From Planctomycetota bacterium (GTDB taxonomy: Bacteria > Planctomycetota > B15-G4): a stretch of DNA of 64,000 bases. This document shows positions 20,506 through 27,352 of this stretch, one piece after another; the stretch's first letter is position 1, and every line of letters starts with the position of its first letter. Made by a program: the position numbers and the translations under genes. The DNA is taken from assembly GCA_038212275.1 (NCBI GenBank), contig JBBQUR010000010.1, positions 32,001-96,000 on the forward strand, in the 5' to 3' direction. The notes beneath the pieces are model-generated. The model worked only from the letters and a program-made list of their open reading frames with translations. It was not told the DNA's origin and did no database searches.

Positions 20506-21777
20506 ATGATGGAACCGCCGCTTCGGCCGCCGCAGGAATTGCCCGCCGGCAGTCCCGTCCCTCCTGCGGCGCCGGAGCGTGGCTCGGCAGAGTTCGCAGG
20601 CGCGCACGGGATGGCCCGCGCGCGTCGCTCTGCAGCGCTGGGTCGGCGCGCGGCGCTCATCATTGCCGTGCTGCTGCCGCCGCTCGTCCTGCGCGGCTGC
20701 GTGCTCGACGCCGTGGCCATCCGGCAGACGTCGATGGAGCCGATGTTCAAGGAGAACGATCACCTGCTGGTCCTGCGCCGCGGCGTCGATCCGCGGCCAC
20801 TGCAACGCTGGGACGTGGTCGTGATCGATGGCGTCATCGACAGGGAATTGCCCGAGGGCGTGAGCGCCATGCTGAAGCGCGTCGTCGGTCTCCCGGGCGA
20901 ATGCCTGCAGATTCTCGATGGCGACGTGTTCGCGGCAGTGCCGGACGAATCCGGTTGCCGAGACGCGCGGCCCGTGCTGATCCGCAAGCCGGATGTGCTG
21001 GTGGAGGCGATGCTCGTGCCGTTGCACGTCGGCGCGGGGCTCGTGGCGCCGTGGACCTGGGCGGGGCCCGGCCAGCGCGAGCAGTTGCCGAACGGAGGCA
21101 CGCGCCTCACTGCGGGCGAGCAGCCCGGCCTCGCGGTCTTCGAGCAGAATCTCACCGACGGACAGCTCGACGCGCCGGGCGAGGAGGCTGTGCTCGACAC
21201 CGCGTTGAGCGTCACCGTTGGCGAGGGCGACGCGATCCTCGAGCTCTGGTTGCGCGAGGGCGCGGATGTCTTTCGCGCACGCCTTGCTCCGGCGGCGCGC
21301 GGCGGCGCGTCGCTGCACCACAATCTGGGCGGCGGCGTCGTGACGGCCGCACCTGATTTTCCAGGCCTGCAGCCCGGCCAGACGGTGCTTTTCTGGAACG
21401 TGGACAACGGCGTCAGGCTGCGCGTGGACGGCCAGCCGGTGCTGAACTTCGACTATGCGCAGAACGAGCCGCAACCGCCGGGCGCACCACGGCGCAACGA
21501 GCCGGCACTCGCCGTGGAAGACGGCAGTCTGGAGCTTCGGACCGTGACGGTTCTGCGCGATGTGCACTACAGTGTGCGCGGCATCTACGCAGCGGCCGGT
21601 GAGCCGCCTTCCCACGTGCCCCAGGGACAGCTCTTCGTGCTTGGCGATCACAGCAATCAAAGCCGCGACAGTCGCTCCTTCGGGCCCGTCGGACAGGAGC
21701 TCGTGCTCGGGCGGCCGCTGCTGCGCTACGCACCGTGGCCGCGGGCCGAGTGGCTGTCCGCGTCGGGTCAGCCGTGA
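20506..21777 (+). CDS. lepB: Signal peptidase I (S26) with large insertion
   Basis: TM helix, catalytic Ser in TSMEP, Lys in LKRVVGLPGE and LGDHSNQSRDSR.FG.V; start codon uncertain. Confidence 0.85.
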   Translation: MMEPPLRPPQELPAGSPVPPAAPERGSAEFAGAHGMARARRSAALGRRAALIIAVLLPPLVLRGCVLDAVAIRQTSMEPMFKENDHLLVLRRGVDPRPLQRWDVVVIDGVIDRELPEGVSAMLKRVVGLPGECLQILDGDVFAAVPDESGCRDARPVLIRKPDVLVEAMLVPLHVGAGLVAPWTWAGPGQREQLPNGGTRLTAGEQPGLAVFEQNLTDGQLDAPGEEAVLDTALSVTVGEGDAILELWLREGADVFRARLAPAARGGASLHHNLGGGVVTAAPDFPGLQPGQTVLFWNVDNGVRLRVDGQPVLNFDYAQNEPQPPGAPRRNEPALAVEDGSLELRTVTVLRDVHYSVRGIYAAAGEPPSHVPQGQLFVLGDHSNQSRDSRSFGPVGQELVLGRPLLRYAPWPRAEWLSASGQP

Positions 21778-21893
21778 CAGGCAGCGCGGCTGAACCCGAA
21801 TTCCGGCCGCTGGGAGGTCTCCCGAGGTCGCAACCCGCTGAGGCGAGCCCGGTTGAATCGCCCGCTTGTTTCTCCCCGAGTTCTTCCCAGCCC

Positions 21894-22484
21894 ATGGGTC
21901 CCCTCGACGGCCGCGAGATGATGCTCGCCGTGACGAGAGAGGTTCCGGGCGCCTTCGAGCGACTGGTTGCCGTGTACGAGTCCCGCATCAAGGCCGCTGT
22001 CGCGCGCTCCATCAACGACCGGGCGTCTGTGGACGACCTCTCCCAGGAAGTGCTCCTGAGGTTGTATCGCGCGCGGGCTCGCTACGAGCCGACCGCGCGC
22101 TTCGAGACCTTCCTCTACAGGATCATCTTCAACCTCTGCGTGAACCACACGCAGTACCAGCGGCGGCGGCGCACGCTGAGCCTGGAGCAGTCCGGCGGCG
22201 GTGAGGATGATTCCGTCAGTCTGCCGGCCGACCCCGCCGCGCTGATGCCGATCGAGGACGTGGCCCGCGATGAGCGTGCGCGTCTGGTGCGCGACGCGAT
22301 CACCGCGCTGCCCGAGAATCAGCGGCGCGCTCTGCAGCTCTCCCGCTTCGAGGGTCTCGGCTACGACGAGATCTCGGGAGTCATGGATCTCTCGGTGCAG
22401 GCCGTGAAGTCGCTGCTCTGGCGCGCGAGGGAAAATCTGCGACTCAGCCTGGCTGCGCAGCTCGGAGACTTCGCCGATGAATGA
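21894..22484 (+). CDS. ECF RNA polymerase sigma factor
   Basis: AFERLV..Y, DDLSQEVLLRLY, F.TFLYRI..NLC.N and LPENQRRAL.L..FEGL.Y.EI......S..AVKSLL.RAR; an alternative GTG start at 21774 is possible. Confidence 0.92.
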   Translation: MGPLDGREMMLAVTREVPGAFERLVAVYESRIKAAVARSINDRASVDDLSQEVLLRLYRARARYEPTARFETFLYRIIFNLCVNHTQYQRRRRTLSLEQSGGGEDDSVSLPADPAALMPIEDVARDERARLVRDAITALPENQRRALQLSRFEGLGYDEISGVMDLSVQAVKSLLWRARENLRLSLAAQLGDFADE

Positions 22485-22980
22485 GCACGACGGCGTGCGC
22501 CTGATGAGTTACGCGGACGGCAGCCTGTCGCCCGCGGAACGCGAGGCAGTCGAGGCGTGGATCTCGGTGGACCCGGAGGCGCGTCGGCTGCTGGCCGAGC
22601 ATCGCGCGCTCTGGGCGCTGCTGGGCGAGGCGGACTTCGCTGCGACACCCGCGACCTCCGAGGATTTCCGTCGCCGCACGCTGCAGCGCGCGACCGAGCC
22701 GGAGACCGCTGCGTGGAAGCCTCGCGCGATCGCCCTGCTGGCAGCCTCGGTGCTCGTCGGCGTGATCATGTTCGCGTGGCTCGATGCGTCGTCGCGGAGC
22801 ACGCTCCGTGCTGACGACGTCGTCGTCGTCGGCAACCTCGATCTGCTCGAGCACCTGTCGTTCGTCGACGAGCACGCCGCCTCGCTGGACGAGTCGGCGT
22901 TCGCTTCGGTGCTGCACGAGTTTGCGCCACCGTCCTCCCGGGACATGCCGGAGCCCGGGGCCTTCGAGGAAGGCCGATGA
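22477..22980 (+). CDS. Putative membrane anti-sigma factor
   Basis: LMSYADGSLSPAEREAVE (zf-HC2-like helix without Cys), one TM helix; overlaps the sigma stop. Confidence 0.75.
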   Translation: MNEHDGVRLMSYADGSLSPAEREAVEAWISVDPEARRLLAEHRALWALLGEADFAATPATSEDFRRRTLQRATEPETAAWKPRAIALLAASVLVGVIMFAWLDASSRSTLRADDVVVVGNLDLLEHLSFVDEHAASLDESAFASVLHEFAPPSSRDMPEPGAFEEGR

Positions 22981-23837
22981 ACCGGACCTCCCGCTGCCTG
23001 CGCGTCACGTTTCTGGCCGCGCTGCCGGTGCTGCTGCTCGCGGCGAGCTGGGCCCCCTTGCTCCAGTCCGCCGGGCAATTCGATTCGCGACAGTTCGGCG
23101 TGAATGAGAATCGCTGGCGCGCGCTGTCCGAGGCGAGCCGCCAGGAGCTGCGCATCAAGTGGCAGGCCTTCTGCAAGCTGCCGGAAGCCGAGCGAGAGCA
23201 GTACGTGCAGCGCATGGACATCCTGCGCCGCATGACCAGCACGCTACGCCGCATCCTCGGTCGCGAACCGCGCGCCGAGGAGCTCGACTTTCAGCTCGAT
23301 CAGACGCGGGAGCCGCTGCATGCGTGGCTCACGCAGGAGCTGGCGCTCGACGCTTCCGTGGACGACCTGAGCTTGCGGACCACTGCGGAGGAGGTGCTTG
23401 CCGAGAGGATCGCCGGCTTCCTGGGCCAGCTCGTTGCGGACGGCCAGTTGAGCTCCGCCGAGAGCGACCGCATCCTCGCGCAGCCCCTGAGCCTGGTCAT
23501 TCGCGACGCCGTCGGTCTGCACGCCGCCGCGCAGCAGCGCAGCGGCGATTCGATGGCTGCGAGCGGCTCCGGCCCGGCAGGCTCCGACTTTGCCGGACTG
23601 CTGAGCAGGAGCGAGCGCGAGGCGCTGGAGAGCGGCCGCTCGCCCAGCGGTCGCAGCGTCCGCGACCGAGACCCGGGTGGCGGCGGCGACCCGCTCCGCC
23701 TGCGGCTTTTCAAGCTTGCGTTCGTAGCGCAGCGGTTCCGTGAAGCGGGCATGTCCGAGCAGGAAGTGCAGAAGGCCGTGATGCTGCCCATGGCCGAGCT
23801 CGAGCAGCTCATCAACGAGCAGCTCGGGCTGCGCTGA
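22977..23837 (+). CDS. Exported helical protein, DUF3106-like
   Basis: Signal/TM segment followed by repeated W..L....R units (RWRALSEASRQEL, WQAFCKLPEAERE); third gene of the ECF operon. Confidence 0.55.
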   Translation: MNRTSRCLRVTFLAALPVLLLAASWAPLLQSAGQFDSRQFGVNENRWRALSEASRQELRIKWQAFCKLPEAEREQYVQRMDILRRMTSTLRRILGREPRAEELDFQLDQTREPLHAWLTQELALDASVDDLSLRTTAEEVLAERIAGFLGQLVADGQLSSAESDRILAQPLSLVIRDAVGLHAAAQQRSGDSMAASGSGPAGSDFAGLLSRSEREALESGRSPSGRSVRDRDPGGGGDPLRLRLFKLAFVAQRFREAGMSEQEVQKAVMLPMAELEQLINEQLGLR

Positions 23838-23870
23838 GGGCGAGGCTGGGGCGAGGCTGGGGCGTGGCGG
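23838..23870. repeat. 11-bp tandem repeat GGGCGAGGCTG x2 plus a degenerate third copy
   Basis: Read directly just after the stop codon at 23837. Confidence 0.7.
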
Positions 23871-23917
23871 CCGATCGGTCGGCGGAGTCTGAAGTGCGCC
23901 TTCAGCCGACGGGGCCG

Positions 23918-23948
23918 TTGACAGAGGCGAGCCGGGCGTCGTAAGTAT
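23918..23948 (+). promoter_or_regulatory. Putative sigma70 promoter of the glycosyltransferase pair
   Basis: Perfect TTGACA (23918-23923) followed after 18 nt by AT-rich TAAGTAT; the -10 is imperfect. Confidence 0.45.
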
Positions 23949-23954
23949 CAAGCC

Positions 23955-24752
23955 GTGCGTGCACAAACCCTGGCCTCGGTCGTGCCGCCCCGCAAGGTCC
24001 TCGAGCGTGTCGTGGTGGTCATGCCCGCCCACAACGCCCAGAGCACCCTGGAGGCCACCTTCCGTGACATCCCGGACAGCGTTGTGTCCGAGGTCATCCT
24101 GGTGGATGACGCGTCGAAGGATCACACGCAGGACCTGGCGCGCCAGCTCGGCATTACGACGCTGCGCCACGAGCGGAACACCGGCTACGGCGGCAACCAG
24201 AAGACCTGCTACCGCGAGGCGCTCAAGCGCGGTGCCGACATCGTCATCATGGTGCACCCGGACTACCAGTACGACGCGCGCGTCATCGGGGCGATGGTCA
24301 CCTTCCTGCGGCTCGGTATCTGCGACGTCGTGCTCGGTTCACGCATCCGCACGCGCCACGAGGCTCTCAAGGGCGGCATGCCCTTCTGGAAGTACATGTG
24401 CAATCGCCTGCTCACGCTGACCGAGAACGTCGTGCTCGGCCAGAATGTCGGTGACTTCCACACCGGCTTGCGCGCCTACACGCGCGAGGTGCTGGAGACC
24501 GTCCCGTTCGAGCTCGACTCCGACGACTTCGTCTTCGACACCCAGTTTCTAGTCCAATGCGTGCACTTCGGCTTCAAGATCGGCGACGTGCCGGTGCCGG
24601 CGCGCTACTTCGAGGAGGCGTCCTCGATCAACTTCCGGCGCAGCGTGAGGTACGGACTCGGTACGCTCGGCGCGCTCGGCAAGTTCCTGCTGCAGCGGAC
24701 GGGCGTGCGCCATTTCAAGGTTTTCGTGCCGGCCAACCTGCCGCGGTGGTGA
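23955..24752 (+). CDS. Glycosyltransferase family 2 (polyprenol-phosphate glycosyltransferase-like)
   Basis: [40 protein letters not shown] and DDFVFD. Confidence 0.92.
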   Translation: MRAQTLASVVPPRKVLERVVVVMPAHNAQSTLEATFRDIPDSVVSEVILVDDASKDHTQDLARQLGITTLRHERNTGYGGNQKTCYREALKRGADIVIMVHPDYQYDARVIGAMVTFLRLGICDVVLGSRIRTRHEALKGGMPFWKYMCNRLLTLTENVVLGQNVGDFHTGLRAYTREVLETVPFELDSDDFVFDTQFLVQCVHFGFKIGDVPVPARYFEEASSINFRRSVRYGLGTLGALGKFLLQRTGVRHFKVFVPANLPRW

Positions 24753-24756
24753 TGGC

Positions 24757-26313
24757 GTGCTGAACGACGAGTCGCGCGGCGCATCGCGCGGCTTGAAGCG
24801 CGCGGTCGTCGCGTTCTTCCTGCTGCTGCTCGGCCTGCGCACCCTGGCCGCCGCCCGCCTGCAGCTCTTCGGGGACGAGGCCTTCTACTGGATGTGCGCA
24901 CAGCATCCCGCGCCGGCCTACGCCGACCACCCCTTCGTGACGGCGATGTCGGTTCGCCTCGGCACGATGCTCCTCGGGGACACGCCGCTGGGCGTCCGCG
25001 TGCTGTTTCTCGCTTACGGAGCCTTGCTTCCGTGGGCAGTGTTCGCGCTTGCGCGTCCGATCGTCGGCTCGCGGGATGCCTGGCTCGCAGCGGGCGCCAG
25101 TCTCGTGCTGCCGATTCTGGCCTCGGCGGGCGCCGTGGCCGTTCCCGACGCGCCACTAATGCTGTTCGCGGTGACGACCGCGCTGCTCCTCGAGCGCGCG
25201 ACGCGCACGGGGATGCTGCGCTACTGGCTGGCGGCCGGGTGTTGCGCGGGACTCGGCCTCAGCACGCACTATCGCTTCCTGCTCATCGTCGGCGGCGCGG
25301 GCGCCTACCTGACGCTCACGCAGGTCGGCAGGCGTTCGTTGCGTACGCCGGGTCCATGGCTTGCAGGCCTGCTCACCGTGGCGGGTCTCGTTCCGCTGCT
25401 GCTGTTCAATCTCGCGCTCGACTGGCAGCCCTTTCTCTACCAGGCCGGCGGTCGTCACGGTGAAGCCAACGGCCTGTCGACCTGGCTGTATCACCTGGCG
25501 GAGCAGGCGCTGGTGTCGACGCCGCTGCTGTACGTGGCGCTGATCGTTGCACTGTGGCAGGCCGTCGCTGCCGGCCGCGCCGGAGATCATCGCCGCGCGC
25601 TGCTTGCGTCGTTTGCGCTCGTCCCGCTGGGCACGTACTGGGTCCTCGCTCCCTTCACGGACAGCGGGCACGACCACATTCACTGGCCCGCCGTCGGATA
25701 TCTGCCGCTGCTGCCGTTGCTGCCCGGCGTGCTGCTCGGGTGGGCCGCACGCGGCAGGGCGTGGCGGATCGCAGCGTGGGCGGCCCCGGCGCTGGGCGTG
25801 GCCGTGACGCTGGTGGCCTTCATCGACCTGGGCACCGGCGTGGCCGGGCTGCGCTTTCTGCACGGCCCCTTCGACGGATGGACCGAACTGAACGTCGCAA
25901 CCCGAAGCAAGCTGCTGGTGGGACATGGTGCCGGGGCGACGGTCCAGACACCGGCGCTGCTGCTTGCCGACAACTACATTGCGGCGTCGGAGCTGCAGTT
26001 TCTGCTCGGCTCGGAGGCGGAGGTCTACGTGGCCGCCCATCCCAAGAACGATCAGCACGGCCGGGCGCTGCAATTCCGGATCTGGGAGCGCGACGAGGGC
26101 GCCTTCCGCGCACGCGGGGGCGAGCCTGCGCTGCTCGTGGAAGAGGTGAGCGAGAAGCCGCGGCCTCTGCTGGGCGTCGCATGGGAGGAGCACCTTACGA
26201 GCCTGTTCGAAGATGCCGAGCCGCTGGGCGGCCTGGATTGCAAGCAGGGCAAGCGGCGCTTCCGATTCATGGCCGGACACGTGTTTGCATCGCCACCGGA
26301 GGCGCCGCGCTGA
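24757..26313 (+). CDS. GT-C fold membrane glycosyltransferase (GT39/ArnT-like)
   Basis: DEAFYW...HPAPAYADHP, many TM helices, PDAPL, GLGLS.HY and HW...Y; directly after the GT2 gene. Confidence 0.85.
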   Translation: MLNDESRGASRGLKRAVVAFFLLLLGLRTLAAARLQLFGDEAFYWMCAQHPAPAYADHPFVTAMSVRLGTMLLGDTPLGVRVLFLAYGALLPWAVFALARPIVGSRDAWLAAGASLVLPILASAGAVAVPDAPLMLFAVTTALLLERATRTGMLRYWLAAGCCAGLGLSTHYRFLLIVGGAGAYLTLTQVGRRSLRTPGPWLAGLLTVAGLVPLLLFNLALDWQPFLYQAGGRHGEANGLSTWLYHLAEQALVSTPLLYVALIVALWQAVAAGRAGDHRRALLASFALVPLGTYWVLAPFTDSGHDHIHWPAVGYLPLLPLLPGVLLGWAARGRAWRIAAWAAPALGVAVTLVAFIDLGTGVAGLRFLHGPFDGWTELNVATRSKLLVGHGAGATVQTPALLLADNYIAASELQFLLGSEAEVYVAAHPKNDQHGRALQFRIWERDEGAFRARGGEPALLVEEVSEKPRPLLGVAWEEHLTSLFEDAEPLGGLDCKQGKRRFRFMAGHVFASPPEAPR

Positions 26314-26355
26314 CCAGGGTGCGCTCGTGGCGCGTCCTCCGCGCGGGATGGCGCG

Positions 26356-26395
26356 AAAAGGTCGAGCCCAAAAGGTCGAGCCCAAAAGGTCGAGC
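26356..26395. repeat. 14-bp tandem repeat AAAAGGTCGAGCCC x2.9, intergenic upstream of dapF
   Basis: Exact copies at 26356 and 26370, partial copy at 26384. Confidence 0.9.
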
Positions 26396-26509
26396 AGGTG
26401 TCACGTCGGCGCTCCGATCGACGGGCGGAGCCGGGTAGAGTGGGCCGCCGTTGCATGTCCGGATGCTGCGTGCGGGAGTCCGTACGCGAACTGCCAGCGG
26501 AGGGTGCGA

Positions 26510-27352
26510 GTGCGATTCGTGAAAGTGGAGGGCGCCGGCAACGATTTCGTCTTGCTCGACCTCTTCGAGCAGGCAGTTCGGGATCCCGCCGCGCTTTCGC
26601 GTGCGATGAGTGATCGCCACCGGGGCATCGGAAGCGACGGAATCCTGCTGGTCGGGCCACCGCAGGCTGGCGGCATCGCGCGCATGCGCACCTTCAATGC
26701 GGACGGCAGCGAAGGCCTCATGTGCGGCAACGGCCTGCGGTGCGTCGTGCGCTACCTCGTCGAATCGGGGCATGCCGGGGCGCAGGATCTCGTGCGCGTC
26801 GAGACGGCGTCGGGCCTGCGCGGGGGCCGCATGCTGGGAACCGGGCGCGTCGAAGTCGACATGGGCGTGCCCGACTTCCGGCCGGCATCGGTGCCGGTTC
26901 GCGGCGAGGGCGATGGCGCCGTGCCGGTGGAGATCGAGCTGCCCGCCGGCCTCGATGCGGACCCGGATGCGGGCTTCTGCGTGTCCATCGGCAATCCCCA
27001 TGTGGTGGTGTCGGTGCGCGATCCCGCCGCTGTGGTGCTTGCTGTGCACGGCCGCGCGCTCGAGTGCTCACCGCTGTTCCCGGAAGGCGCCAACGCGCAC
27101 TTTGTGCGGCTTGTCGGCCACGACCGGATCGAGTCCAGAACCTGGGAGCGGGGCGCCGGCGAGACCCTGGCCTGCGGCACCGGAGCCGTGGCGGTGGTGG
27201 CGGTGGCGCGGCGACTCGGCTGGGTGACGGCCCCGCGCGTCACCGTGGCGACCCCCGGAGGCGACCTGCACGTGCGCTGGGATGGAAGCTGCACGGCCTG
27301 GCTGGAGGGCCCGGCGAGGATCGCATTCCATGGCGAATGGGACGGCTCATGA
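26510..27352 (+). CDS. dapF: Diaminopimelate epimerase
   Basis: GAGNDF, GIGSDG, NADGSE..MCGNG.RC, VDMG.P, GNPH, FPEG.N and WERGAGETLACGTG; GGAGG RBS before GTG 26510. Confidence 0.95.
   Translation: MRFVKVEGAGNDFVLLDLFEQAVRDPAALSRAMSDRHRGIGSDGILLVGPPQAGGIARMRTFNADGSEGLMCGNGLRCVVRYLVESGHAGAQDLVRVETASGLRGGRMLGTGRVEVDMGVPDFRPASVPVRGEGDGAVPVEIELPAGLDADPDAGFCVSIGNPHVVVSVRDPAAVVLAVHGRALECSPLFPEGANAHFVRLVGHDRIESRTWERGAGETLACGTGAVAVVAVARRLGWVTAPRVTVATPGGDLHVRWDGSCTAWLEGPARIAFHGEWDGS

Noticed and set aside
26356..26395. Possible iterons or CRISPR remnant
   Set aside because: Fewer than three full contiguous copies, with no rep gene, spacers or AT-rich unwinding element.
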